DNA from: an uncultured bacterium
GTDB taxonomy: Bacteria > Auribacterota > Erginobacteria > Erginobacterales > Erginobacteraceae
DNA length: 64,000 bases
Direction of reading: 5' to 3'
Assembly (NCBI GenBank): GCA_963822585.1
Contig: CAWGIE010000035.1
Span: 234,749 to 298,748, forward strand
Below the pieces are notes generated by a model. The model made no database searches and was not told the DNA's origin. It saw only the letters and a list, made by a program, of their open reading frames with translations. Both the position numbers and the translations under genes were made by a program. Positions 39,396-51,252 of the stretch are shown here, one piece after another; positions within the stretch are counted from its first letter, which is position 1; every line of letters begins with the position of its first letter.

Positions 39396-41710
39396 ATGAA
39401 AAAGTCCCACCGACAATTTCCTGATTTTGGCCTTGATCATCCTTCTGGGCGCGACCCTGCGCGGTATCTATCTCCGGGAGATCCGGGTCGGTCCTGAGTT
39501 TTATCATCCGGCAATTGACGAGGCGTACCATGACTACTGGGCCCGCGGACTCTCCGGAGAGGATTGGAAAGTGCCCGCCGGCTACTCCGATCCCGGGATC
39601 CGGGCCCACGCGTTTTTCCGTCCGCCCGGCTATCCCTATCTGCTGGCCGCGATCTACCTGCTGCCGGGCGATCGTTTCCTGGCGACCCGCCTGGTACAGA
39701 TGGTCGTCGGCCTGCTGGCTGTCCTGCTCGCTTTCGTCTTCGCCCGACGATGGTACGGGGATCGCCCGGCCCTGATCTTTGCCGCCTTGATGGCCTGCTA
39801 CTGGGGGTTTATCTACTTCGAGGGGGAGCTGCTCGGGACGAGTATCGCGGTCTGCCTGTCTCTGCTTCTGCTGATTTTTTCGTCGTCATGGGTGGAACGG
39901 TTCAACCCGCATGTCCGGATTTCTCACCGGTCTTATCCTGGGCGTCTTCGCCCTCTTCCGCCCCAACGGGGTGCTTTTCATCCCGGTGCTCGTGCTCTGG
40001 GCGTTCTATCTGCGCCGGAGAGCGGCCCCCCCGGGGAAGGTCACCTTCCACCTGTTCGGATTCCTGCTCGGGGCGGTTCTGGTGATCGCGCCCGTCACAG
40101 TGCGCAATTATCTTCGCGAGGGCCAACCGGTGATGATATCCGCCCAGGGGGGCATGAGCCTCCTGATCGGAAACAACGCTCAGGCCGACGGGACCAACCA
40201 TTACCTCCCCGGTTATGGCATGCTCGACTCGCCTTTCGACTATCCGGCCGCCGTCAGGAATCTCGAGAAGGAACGGGGAATGAAAAAGGGATCGCTCTCC
40301 TACGCGTCCGCCTCGCGGATCTATGCGCGCCGTGCCTTCTCGTATATTGTCCGCCATCCCGGGCGGTTCCTCGCTCTCACCGCCCGCAAAATCATCCTTT
40401 TCTGGGGACCCGCGGAAATCACCAATAACCGGGAAATTTCCGAGGCCCGGGAGCGTTCACCCCTCCTGAGGATTATCCCGTTCGGTTTCCCTTTCTGCCT
40501 GGCCTCATCCCTGCTTTGTCTTCTTCTCCTTCTGTCGGGGAGGGAGACCGCGGGAAGAGGAGAAAAATCTTTTCAGGTCTCTCTTCTGACAGCGCTCTTC
40601 ATCTGCGTCTATTTTCTTTCGGTTCTGCCGTTTGCATCCGCCGCCCGCTACCGGATGCCGGTTATCCCGGGCCTTCTTCTCTTCACGGCCCTGGCCGTCG
40701 ACGCTTTGCTCAGCCTGTTTCGCCGCCGCCGCTACGGCCCGGGATTTTTTTGGCTGCTGATCTGGGTTTTGCTGTTTTTCCTCGTCTCCCGGAACGTGTC
40801 CGGCTATCGGGCTTCGCCGGCGAAATGGCATTATGATCGGGCGGTGGCGTTCGGCAATGCCGGTCAACCGGCTGAAGCAAAAGCGGAATATCTCCGCGCT
40901 CTGGAGATCAAGCCGGACGACTATCGATCGCGCATGAACCTGGGTGCTCTGCTGATCAGAGAGGATAATGCCGCGGGAGCAGTGCAAGAATTCCGGCGCG
41001 CCGTCGCCCTGCGTCCCGATCGGGCGGAGGCGTACAGTAACCTGGGGGCCGCCCTGGCCCAGATGGGGAGAACGGAGGAAGCGATGGCCGCCCTTCAGAA
41101 GGCGATCATGATCGATCCGGAGTGCGTGCGGGCGTATGGTAACCTGGGAAGGGTTCTCGAGGCCCGGGGTGACGGGAGGGCCGCGGTGGAGGCCTTCCGC
41201 CGGGCGCTGTCCCTCAATCCGGACACCGGTGAGTTCTATTACAACTTCGGCCTGGTGCTGGCCAGGGAGGGGAGGATCGACGAAGCCATCGAGCAGTATC
41301 GGACGGCCCTCCGGCTGCAACCGGAGTCGCCCGATATCCAGAATAACCTGGGGATCGCGCTGGCTTCCCGGGGGGATACGTCAGCGGCCGTCGCTCATTT
41401 TCGGGAAGCCATCAGGATTGACCCCGATCTGGAGGTCGCCCGCGTCAACCTGGCCAACATCCTGGCGTCACGGCGGCAGTATCCGGCGGCGATCGCGCAG
41501 TATCAGCGGGCCCTGGAGATCAATCCCCGGAGCGTGGGAGCCCGGTACAATCTTGGATACACTTTCGAGTCGGCGGGGGAGAAGGAAAAAGCCATCGAGC
41601 AATACCGCGCAGCCCTCCGCCTGGACCCGGGCCATCCCCAGGCCCGTCAACGCCTGACCCTGCTCGAAGAAGGTACTGTCAAAAATTTTATGAAAGAAAG
41701 AATTCGGTAA
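39396..41710 (+). CDS. PMT/ArnT-like GT-C glycosyltransferase with TPRs (frameshifts near 39410 and 39905)
   Basis: IDEAYHDYWA, FFRPPGYPY, RPN, PVTVRNY, ARYRMP, about 8 TPRs. Confidence 0.85.
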
Positions 41711-41866
41711 AGGGGAACTGAATATCCAATATTCCTTGTTGGCTGTTGGATATTCAAAAAGGGGGAGTGCCAAGGAATGGTCCTAGCCCGCTCCAGAGAA
41801 GACAAATAGATACAAAACAAACGGAAAGTTTTGACAGAACCTCGAAGAACAATAGGAGACGGTGAT

Positions 41867-44237
41867 ATGAAAATAATGCGACAAAGCAACACCGTCCCCT
41901 ATATTTTGGGGGCGATTGTATTGCTGGGGATACTTCTCCGTCTCGGTTATCTGGCAGAGATCCGTAATACCCCCGATTTCTCCTATCCCGGGCTTGATGC
42001 CGCCTACCACATTTATTGGGCGCGAGGGATGGCAACCGGCGACTGGACGGACTTCGAGGGCCGCGAGGACCCCCAGATCTACCGATACCCGTATTACCGT
42101 CCGCCGGGTTATGCCTTTTTCCTGAGCCTGGTTTACCGGATCTTCGGCCTGGGAGCGCTCTGGCCCCGCCTGCTCCAGTTCACGCTGGGGCTGGGAAGCG
42201 GGCTTTTGGCCTTCGGCCTGGCCCGGCGATTCTTCGGGGTTGCCGCCGGCCTGCTCTCCGCTCTGGGGGTAACGGCATACTGGATCTTCATCTACTATGA
42301 GGGTGAGCTGGCCGGTGTCGCCGGGGCGGTCTTTCTCAGTCTCCTCTTCGTCACCCTGGCGGCCCGGGCCGCTGAACGGCGGACCTTTTCGGCTTTTCTG
42401 CTCTCCGGGATTTGCCCTGGGGGTTCTGGTTATCTTCCGGCCCAACGCGCTTCTGCTCTACCCGTTTATCCTGGCCTGGACGTTTTGGTTCGGCCGTCGC
42501 CGGAAGAGAAAAATCCGCCTCATCCCGGCGGCCGGCGGTCTGCTGCTGGGGGTATGCGTGTGTGTTCTCCCCGTAACGATCAGGAATTACGCCGTCTCAA
42601 AAGAACTGGTCCCCCTCTCCACCAACGCCGGGATCAGCCTGGGTGTCGCCAATAATGAGTTCACGGACGGGACCACTCATTTTATCCCCGGGATCGGGAA
42701 CATCGGCACCCCCTATGACTGGCCCCGGATCGTTCGCCATCTGGAGAATGTTCTGGGACGTCGGTTAAGCCACTCCCAGGCATCCGCTTACCTGAGCCGG
42801 CAGGCTTTCCTTTTCGCCGTCCGCTTTCCGGGCCGATGGATCACACTTCTGGGCCGCAAGGCACTGCTCTTCTGGTGTCCGATGGAAATCCGGAACCTGA
42901 AAGAAGTGCATTACGCCCGGCTGCATTCTCCCCTTCTGCGAAGACTCCCGGGGAATTTTCCTCTGGCCGCGGGGCTGGCGGTCCTCGGGGGAGTTCTCAT
43001 CTTTCTCCCCCGACCGCGGTCGAAAAAGAGGGGCGGGGGAGGGCGCGCCCGCCCCGGGAAGGGGAATGATGAAAAAAGGGGGGGCGAAACCGGGAAAGCC
43101 CCCTTTTTACGGGACCGCGCAGGGGGAGTCCTGATGATTATCTTTATCGGGGCCTATTTCCTCTCGATGCTGCCCTTCGCGGCCGCCGCCCGCTATCGGG
43201 TTCCGGTGATACCGTTTCTTCTGATCCTGGCCGCGTACGGGGTGAGAACGATCGGTCTTTTCATCGTCCGGCGAAAGTGGGCGGCGGCGGGGGTTTCCGT
43301 GGCCGCCGGAACAGGACTCTACCTGCTCTTCACGATCAACCTGAGCGGTTTTCGGCCCGCTCCCGAGAAATGGCATTATGACCGGGGGCTCGCCCGGCTG
43401 GAGGCCGGGCTCTGGAAAGAGTCGGTGCAGGAGTTTGACCGGGCTCTCGAATATCAGCCCGGCTATGCGGCTGCCTATACCAACCGGGGGGTCGCCTTGC
43501 AGAAAGGGGGGAAACTGCCGGAGGCGATCGCCTCCTATCGCCGGGCCCTGGAGCTTGACCCCGCCGCGCCCCGGGCGCTGAAAAACCTGGCCGACGCCCT
43601 CCGGGAAGAAGGGGAGACGGATGAAGCGCTAAGTCTCTACCGGCAGGCTGCCGCTTCTTCTCCGGAGTACACCGGGATATCCTGCGACCTGGCCCGGGCC
43701 CTCGCCGCATCCGGGAAACAGGAGGAAGCTGCCGAACTCTACCGGACGATTCTGCGGGACCACCCGGATAATGTGCGGGCTCACCTGGAACGGGGGAACC
43801 TTCTTCAGAATCAGGATCTTCTCCCCGCCGCCGAAGAAGAATACCGGATGGTCCTTCGGCTTGATCCCTACTCGGCCACGGCCCGATATAACCTGGCGAA
43901 CGTGCTCATCCAGGAAGGCCGGATCGAAGAAGGGATAGCCGCCTATCGGGAGGTCTTGAGGCGCGCCCCCACCCACCGTGACGCCCATAACAATCTGGGG
44001 ATTCAACTGGCGGCCCGGGGAGAGATGGAAGAAGCAATGGCGCACTTCCGGGAAGCGATGCGGATCGACCCGGATGATCCGGCTGCTTTCTATAATCAGG
44101 GGATCGCCCTGATCCGGGCCGGCCGTCACCGGGAGGCGATCCCGGTTCTGGAAAGGGCCGTTGCCTTAAAACCCGATTATGAACCCGCCCGGCGGGCGCT
44201 GGCAGTGGCAGGGAAGGGGGGAGCAGGAGGTCAGTAA
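41867..44237 (+). CDS. PMT/ArnT-like GT-C glycosyltransferase with TPRs (frameshift near 42405)
   Basis: LDAAYHIYWA, YYRPPGY, RPN, PVTIRNY, ARYRVP, TPRs; paralog of the upstream gene. Confidence 0.85.
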
Positions 44238-44362
44238 TCAGTATACAGTAATCGGTGATCAGTAATCGGTGATCGGTAATCGGTGATCGGTCCCGAAAAG
44301 TCGCCGACTGCAGTCGGCGCATCGGGATCTACGCTTCGCTTCGATAATCGGTGATCAGTGAT
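44231..44362. repeat. 7-bp GTAATCA/GTGATCG array with nested TCCCG-hairpin-CGGGATCTACGCTTCGCTTCG insert; copy at 46095-46185
   Basis: Direct sequence match among 17020, 44290 and 46108. Confidence 0.85.
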
Positions 44363-46179
44363 CAAAAATCGCTCACTATTCTCTGGTTATATTATAATAA
44401 AGTATAAAATAATATATTCATCATTATTAATTATAGCTATTGGATGTATTGTTTATGCCAACAGCTTCTCGGGGGCGTTTGTCTTTGACGATGCATCCGT
44501 AATCCTGGCCAATCCGCATATTAAACAGCTCTGGCCGCCGGGGGAAGCGTTTGCCGCTCCGCCGGACAGCCCGGTCCGTGACCGCCCGATCGTCAACCTG
44601 ACCCTCTCCGTGAACTACGCCCTGGGGGGCATGCGCCCCGCCGGCTATCATCTCGGTAACCTCTTGATTCATTGTGTTGCCACCCTGCTCTTATTCGGGA
44701 TTATCAGGATGACGTTTTCTTCCCCGCGCCTTTCCGGCCGCTTCGGAGCCGCCGCAACCGGCCTGGCTCTGGCGGCGGCCGTCATCTGGGAAGTTCACCC
44801 TCTGCAGACGGAGAGCGTCACCTACATAACCCAGCGCTGTGAATCGCTGATGGGACTATTTTACCTGGGCACGCTCTACACCCTGATTCGGGGGGCCGCT
44901 TCCTCGCGTCCCCGGCGCTGGTACGCGGCTTCGGTGCTGCTCTGCGCCCTGGGGATGGGGACCAAGGCGGTGATGGTGACCGCTCCCCTGACGGCTCTGG
45001 TCTACGACCGGATTTTTATTTCTTCCAGCTGGAGGGAAATCGGCCGGAAACGGTGGGGGCTCTACCTGGCGCTTTTCTTGACCTGGCTCATCCAGGCGGG
45101 GCTGGTAGCGGCGACATCCTACCGGGATATCAAGACCCATCATCCCCTGGTTTACGCCCTGAGCCAATTCCCGGTCCTGGTCCATTACCTTCGGCTCTCG
45201 TTCTGGCCGCACCCTCTCTGCCTTGACTATTACTGGCCCCCGGTCGGGAGCATCAGCGCGGTTATTTTCCCGGCTCTTCTGATCGGGGGGTTGCTGGGGA
45301 TGACGGCCTGGGGGCTGGTCCGTTCCCCGGCGGCTGGTTTTGCCGGGGTCTGGTTCTTTTTGATCCTCGCCCCCACCTCCAGCATCCTTCCCTCTCGAAG
45401 ACCTGGCCTTCGAACACCGGATGTATCTTCCGCTGGCTTCCCTTGCCGTGCTCGGTGTGGCGGGAGGATATGAGCTGCTCCGGAAGCTCTTCCCCGCTTC
45501 CTCTTCCCGGAGGAAGACAGGGGGGATCGCCCTCACCGTCGCGGTGATTGTTTCTTTGGGCGCCTTGACCGTCCTGCGCAATGCCGATTACCGGTCGGCG
45601 ATCGGGATGTGGGAGAAGGTGATCCGGCAGCGGCCGGGTAATCCCCGCGCCCGGAACTCCCTGGGCAACCTGGAGCTGAAGCTAGGGAACACGGAGGGGG
45701 CGTTTGAACTCTATCGCTCGGCCATCGCCATCGATCCGGACTACCAGCCGGGCTTGTATAACCTGGCCAACCTGCTGGCGTCGAGGGGCGACCTGGCAGG
45801 GGCAATACGCTTTTACCGGAAGACCCTGGAAATTAACCCGAACGCGGTCGAGGCGCATAACAACCTGGGAGTAGCCTTATTCGGCCGGGGGGAGAAAGAA
45901 GAGGCTTTGGCTCACTTCCGCCAAGCGATGAGGATCGATCCCGCCGACCCGGCCGCCTATTATAACCTCGGTCTCGCTCTCTTCAAAGAGGGGCGGAACT
46001 CCGAGGCAAGCGGATTTTTAGAAAAAGCGCTGGAACTGCGCCCCGATTATCTCCCCGCCCGGACGGCTTTGCAGGCGGTCCGGGAAAGACTGCGTGATCG
46101 TGATCGGTCCCGAAAAGTCCCCGACTGCCGTCGGGGACATCGGGATCTACGCTTCGCTTCGATAATCGGTGATCAGTAA
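44358..46179 (+). CDS. TMTC-like GT-C membrane protein with TPRs (frameshift near 45390)
   Basis: FVFDD, RPIVNLT, HPLQTESVTYITQR, EHRMYLP, TPRs; paralog of 37164..39146. Confidence 0.85.
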
Positions 46180-46297
46180 TCGGTGTTGCCCCTGGACACG
46201 GTTTTATTTCTCCATTGTCTTGTCGGCGAAGGAGGTTTTTATTTGAAAATCCCGATGAGATGACGGTATTATCCCGAAATCTTTCCTCCTGGAAATC

Positions 46298-47808
46298 ATG
46301 ATGAATAACGGCCGCAAAACAAAAAAAGAACTCCCCGCCAAACGGGAAAAACTCCGCCGGCAGCTTGCCGCACAAGAAGCGGCCGCCGGCGGTGTTCCCC
46401 GAGTGCGGGAAACGCCGGGGGAGATCGAGAGCAAGTACCGGAGCATATTCGAACTCTGCCCGCAGGCGATCGTGGTCCTGGATAAGAGGGGGAACGTGCT
46501 GGACGTCAATGGAAGACTGTATGATTGGCTGGGCTATTGTCCCGAAGAAGTGATCGGGAAAAATATGACGGAGCTGCCCTATCTGACGGGAGCGAGCAGG
46601 AAGATAGCACGGGAACAATTCTTGCGGCGGATGCGCGGGGAAGAGATCCCCCCGTATGAACTGGAATTCACCCCTAAAGCAGGGGGACGGCGAATCGGGA
46701 GGATCCTGGGGACACCGGTCCGTAATGAAACCGGGCAATCGACCGTCGATATCATCCTCATCGATGACGTCACGGAGCGGAAGGACGCGGAGGACGAGTT
46801 GCGGGGAAGCGAGGAGAGATACCGGAATCTCTTCGATATCGCTCCGGTCGGAATCTTCCTGCTCGATCTGGAGGGAAACATCACCGCGGTCAATAACCGG
46901 GGGATCGGAATCTATGGGTACACCCGGGAAGAGCTGCTGAATCTCAATGTCAGGGATATCGTGCCCCGGAAGATCGCCGGCAACTTTCCCCGCCTGGTGC
47001 GGGATGTTCGGAAGAAAAAGAGTCTCTTCTTCGAATCGGAGGGGAAGCGAAAGGACCGGAAAATTTTTCCCCTCGCGCTCTCCGCCAATATCTTTAAATG
47101 GGGGGGCAAGGAGTTCGTGCAGGTCGTGGTCCAGGACCTTTCCGACCGGAAGGCGGCGGAGAACTCGGCCCAGTTGAGGAGGCTTTCCGAGAAGCTGTTT
47201 AAATACCAGGAGGAGGAACGCAAACATATCGCCCGTGAATTGCACGACCACATCGGGCAGGACCTGGCGGCGATCAAGATCGGCCTGCAAATGCTGGAGA
47301 AAGAGTATCGGCTGGAACCGGGGCTCCGCCGGGAACTGAAGGAGACGGTCAAGATCGCCGAGAAGACCATCGCCGACGTGCGCCGGATCTCCTCCACCCT
47401 GCGGCCGGAGAGCCTGGACCGGATGGGACTGCTGCCTCCCTGAAACACGAGATAGAATACATGGGTCACCGCGGGAATATCGAATTGTCGCTCACCTGTC
47501 GGGGACTCAAAGAACGGCTGGATCCGGAGACGGAGATCGCCGTTTACCGGATCGTCCAGGAAGCGGTCACCAATATCATAAAACATGCCCGGGCGAAGAC
47601 GGCTTCCGTCACCCTGCATCGGAAGGGCCGGACCCTGCATCTCTCCGTCCGGGACGACGGCCTCGGTTTGCCGCCGGGATGGGAGAAAGCGACCCGGGGA
47701 CTGGGGTTGGTAGGGATCCGGGAGCGGGTGCAAGGGGTGAATGGAAAATTATCCATCCGCTCCCGCCCGGGAAAAGGTTCGTGTCTGACGGTCACGATCC
47801 CCGTATAA
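46298..47808 (+). CDS. Cytoplasmic PAS-PAS HisKA_3 (NarX/UhpB-type) histidine kinase (frameshift near 47440)
   Basis: Two PAS domains, QEEERKHIARELHDHIGQ, YRIVQEAVTNIIKHA, DDGLG, GLGL. Confidence 0.9.
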
Positions 47809-47838
47809 AATAGCGCCTGATTGACCTGAAAAAGATTT

Positions 47839-47980
47839 AGCACCTGATTACTCTGATTACCCTGAAAAAGAAAAAATCAGAGAAATCAGGTAAATCAAGT
47901 GCAAAAAAGTTGCCCGAGCCCCGATAAACCCCGATTAAAACTTCGGGGCGGGGGCGGGGTAGACTGCGCGAGGGCCAAGT
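47839..47980. repeat. 9-bp periodic palindrome (CCTGATTAC) plus GCCCGAG...CGAGGGC nested element
   Basis: gcacctgattactctgattaccctga...atcagagaaatcaggtaaatcaagtgc; match to 25915-25980. Confidence 0.75.
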
Positions 47981-48057
47981 TCCTGTTTCGGAATTTTAAA
48001 AATAAAGATCAAATTAAAGTCTGTTCCGCCGGTGGGGGGAGTATACAAGGCGCTTAA

Positions 48058-48262
48058 GCGGATCAGATAATCAGGAAATCAGTGGGAAGGGGATCAGATT
48101 ATCAGAGGATCAGATGGCGATGCCGGCCTCGCCTGATAACCTGATATCCCGATATTCTTCCCACTGATACGCTGATAACCTGATATCCACTTTGGGGATA
48201 ATTACTTCATCTATTTAATCCCGGGACATTGCTAAAAAAAAGTTAGCGCCGCAGGTGCTATG
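48058..48262. repeat. 8-bp periodic palindromic element with promoter-like tail
   Basis: Near-identical to 35451-35639. Confidence 0.9.
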
Positions 48263-48267
48263 TTCTA

Positions 48268-48918
48268 ATGATCAGGAAAATACTTCTCGCCGACGATCAT
48301 GTCGTGGTCCGCAAAGGGTTGCGGGCCATACTGAAGGATGAGTTTCCGGCCGCCGAGATCGTGGAGGCTGCCGACGGTGTTCGTGCCGTCGACACGGCCC
48401 GCCGGCTGCAGCCGGAGCTGGCGGTGGTGGATATCGGGATGCCCGGTCTCAACGGCCTGGAGGCGATCCGGCAGATCTCCCGGCATTCCCCCCGGACCAG
48501 GCTGCTGGTTCTCTCTCTCCATTCCGGGGGCGATATCGTCCAGGAATCCTTCGAGTCCGGAGCGGCCGGTTATCTTCTCAAAGAATGCGCGGTCGATGAA
48601 CTGGTGGCGGCCATCAGCGATATTTTCGCGGGGAAGCGGTATTTAAGTATCGGTCTCGCCTCCTCCGTCCGGGAGGGGATTCAATGGGGCAAAGGGAAGA
48701 AACTGACCGGCCTTCTGGAGCGCCTCACCGCCCGGGAACGGGAAGTCCTGGGGCTGCTGGCGGAAGGGAACAATAATGCCGAGATCGCGGAAAAGCTTTT
48801 CCTCAGCCCCGAGACCGTGAAGACGCACCGCCGGAACATGATGAAGAAACTCGAGGTCCGCAACCTGGCCGGCCTGGTCAAATTCGCCCTCGATCATCAC
48901 CTCACTCCCCGGCTGTAA
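48268..48918 (+). CDS. NarL/LuxR-family response regulator
   Basis: LADDH, VDIGMP, GYLLK; LTAREREVL...TVKTHRRNMMKKL HTH. Confidence 0.95.
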   Translation: MIRKILLADDHVVVRKGLRAILKDEFPAAEIVEAADGVRAVDTARRLQPELAVVDIGMPGLNGLEAIRQISRHSPRTRLLVLSLHSGGDIVQESFESGAAGYLLKECAVDELVAAISDIFAGKRYLSIGLASSVREGIQWGKGKKLTGLLERLTAREREVLGLLAEGNNNAEIAEKLFLSPETVKTHRRNMMKKLEVRNLAGLVKFALDHHLTPRL

Positions 48919-48926
48919 AAATGTTA

Positions 48927-49060
48927 GCCGCAAAAAAGAACAAAATACACAAAAGTTCCCTCTACCGCGCCCTCTTTTAATAGCCGCAAAAAGGCGCAAA
49001 AATCGCAAAAGTTCCCACCGCCTCGCCCCTGATTATGTCAGCACCTGATTTACCTGATCC
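48927..49060 (+). repeat. Array of 9-bp periodic half elements joined by CCGCSCGCCC-T-rich linkers
   Basis: agccgcaaaaaagaacaaaatacacaaaag; agccgcaaaaaggcgcaaaaatcgcaaaag; linker also at 27438, 29120 and 59800. Confidence 0.65.
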
Positions 49061-49198
49061 TTCGGGCTCTATACGCCATGCTCCCTGCTCCTGTCGATGG
49101 TTGATGGATAGGTCCTCAACATGGGGGCGAATACGGGGGTTCGCCCCTATAAATCATTCGACGTTGAGCGTTGAGCGTTCACGCTTTTTTTAAGAAAA

Positions 49199-49220
49199 TC
49201 ACCCTTTCGGGGTATTGCCA
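49199..49220 (+). promoter_or_regulatory. Candidate NarL-type 7-2-7 box abutting a -35 element
   Basis: TCACCCT-TT-CGGGGTA-TTGCCA; paralogous to 60321-60342. Confidence 0.5.
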
Positions 49221-49504
49221 TATTTGCTGATTCAGGAGAAGATTACATTAATCAGGAATATGCGGAATTTTAATAATCTTAATTTTTTCTGCCCCGATTA
49301 ATGCTTCGGGGGAGGCCGAAAAAATAAGAATGTGCAAGCATTGAATCGAGATTGCGGGGATATTTTAAAATAAATTCGTGTAATCCTTCGGCTACGCTCA
49401 GGACAAGTTTCGCGAAATTCGTAGTTTTTTTAATTGCCCGAGCGAAGCGAGGGCTAAGTTCGGAGATATTCGTAACCAGGGTAGAGAAAGAATGGGAAAT
49501 GATT

Positions 49505-49898
49505 ATGCCTGAGAATCAAGCGACAGTGGCTCCCGCGTTAAAAAGAGCGGTAATTGTTGACGACAATCCCTGCTTCCGGAAAATGCTGCGGCGTGTCTTC
49601 TCGCGTTACCCGGCGATCGAGTTGGTGGCGGAGGAGGAGAGCCGGAGAAAGCAGCCTGGAGCGGATTGCCGCCTTTACCCCCGAACTGGTCACGGTCGAT
49701 ATTAATCTCCCGGGGATGGACGGATTCGAGCTGGCCCGGATACTGAAGGACCGGTACCCCGGGACCCGGATTCTCTTCATTACCTTCAACGGCAATCCGG
49801 CCTTCCGGGAGAAAGCCGGGAGGATGGGCTGCCCGTATATCGAGAAAGAAAAGCTTCTCGAGGAACTGTCGCCGGTGCTGGAGGAACTCTTTCGTTAG
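49505..49898 (+). CDS. Single-domain response regulator (frameshift near 49640)
   Basis: IVDDN in one frame, VTVDINLPGMDG...YIEK in the next. Confidence 0.85.
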
Positions 49899-49935
49899 AA
49901 TGTACGGCTTGGCTGATGTCTCGAAGCAATTGTTC

Positions 49936-50640
49936 ATGAAAAGGTTATTTATCACAGCTCTGATTGTTCTTTTCTCTTCCCCGGTCCTGTGGGCCGGGGA
50001 AGATGAGTATGTTTTCGTGGTCAGACAGAATGACACCGCCCGCAGTCTGACGGAGAGCTACCTGGTACGGCCGACCGCCTGGGAGCGGGTGGTTCAGTAC
50101 AACTATCTTTTGAAGCCGGGTAATTTCTTAAAAGTGCCGCCCGAGCTGGCTCGAAAGGAGGGGAGCGCCTTCATCCATTCCCCCAGTGGCGAGGTCGAGG
50201 TCAAGCTTGCCGGGGAAAAGGGATGGCTCATCGCCCCCGCCGGGTTGATCCTGCGGGAGGGAGATACCGTCCGGACCGGCATCGACTCCGGAGTGGTCCT
50301 GGAGATGGGGGAGGGGGGGGTCGCCATTCTCCGGGGGGAGACCGAGGTCGTGTACCGGCCTTACCATCGCCTGCTCGCCGGCCGCGTCAACCGCCTCAGC
50401 ATCCTCCAGGGCAGACTGGAAGCAAGCATCCCCCACGAATATGAACGGGAAGTCGGCTATGAGATAGAGACGCCGGATTCGGTATTGGTCCTGTGCGGGA
50501 CCCGCCTGAGAACGGAAGTCAGCCGGACCGGAGAGGCGCGTTACGAGGTGCTGGAGGGAGAGATCACCGTCGATGCGGGGGGGCGGAAATACGTCGTTCC
50601 CGCGGAGGTCGGTTTAGTCATCCGGAGCGGGGCAAAGTAA
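49936..50640 (+). CDS. Secreted LysM-FecR domain protein
   Basis: Signal peptide; VVRQNDT..LTESYL....WERVVQYN..LKPG.LKVP (LysM-like); LREGDTVRTG, IETPD, GT, EVLEGEI (FecR). Confidence 0.8.
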   Translation: MKRLFITALIVLFSSPVLWAGEDEYVFVVRQNDTARSLTESYLVRPTAWERVVQYNYLLKPGNFLKVPPELARKEGSAFIHSPSGEVEVKLAGEKGWLIAPAGLILREGDTVRTGIDSGVVLEMGEGGVAILRGETEVVYRPYHRLLAGRVNRLSILQGRLEASIPHEYEREVGYEIETPDSVLVLCGTRLRTEVSRTGEARYEVLEGEITVDAGGRKYVVPAEVGLVIRSGAK

Positions 50641-50873
50641 GGAAGAGTGAGTTTTTAATCTTTTCTTAGATATCAATAATCTTATTTTTTTCTTTGAAAA
50701 ATAAGAGTGGTATACCTGAAGCAAACAGAAAAATCATATTTCAGGAGGCAAATGGTGGCTAATTTAAGAATGGCTTTTTTATGCAATTGCCTCGATTGAA
50801 TTATTTAGTTTAACCAACAGACCCAACGAAGTTGGGTCTGCTATAAATTTGCGAGCGCAGCGAACTAATTTAT

Positions 50874-51242
50874 ATGAGACAGTTAAAGACAGCAATCGTG
50901 GATGACAACCACGGATTTCAGCGTTTACTGAGGCGGGTCTTCATCCGCTATCCTTTCATCGAGGTGGTGGCGGGCGTGGAGACCGGGGAAGAGATGCTGA
51001 CCCGGATGCGGGAAACGGCCCCCGACCTGGTGACGGTGGACATCAATCTCCCGGGGATGGACGGTTTCGAACTGGCCCGGATGCTCAAGGAACGGTACCC
51101 GGGGACGCGGATCATCTTTATCACCCTGAACGGGAACCCGGCCTTCCGGGAAGAAGCCCGGAAGATGGGGTGCCCCTATATCGAGAAGGACCTCCTTCTG
51201 GACGAACTCTCCCCGGCCTTGGAGAGTATAGGCGCGGGATAA
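50874..51242 (+). CDS. Single-domain response regulator (paralog of 49505..49898)
   Basis: IVDDN, VTVDINLPGMDG, YIEK. Confidence 0.9.
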   Translation: MRQLKTAIVDDNHGFQRLLRRVFIRYPFIEVVAGVETGEEMLTRMRETAPDLVTVDINLPGMDGFELARMLKERYPGTRIIFITLNGNPAFREEARKMGCPYIEKDLLLDELSPALESIGAG

Positions 51243-51252
51243 TCGGGGTTTG

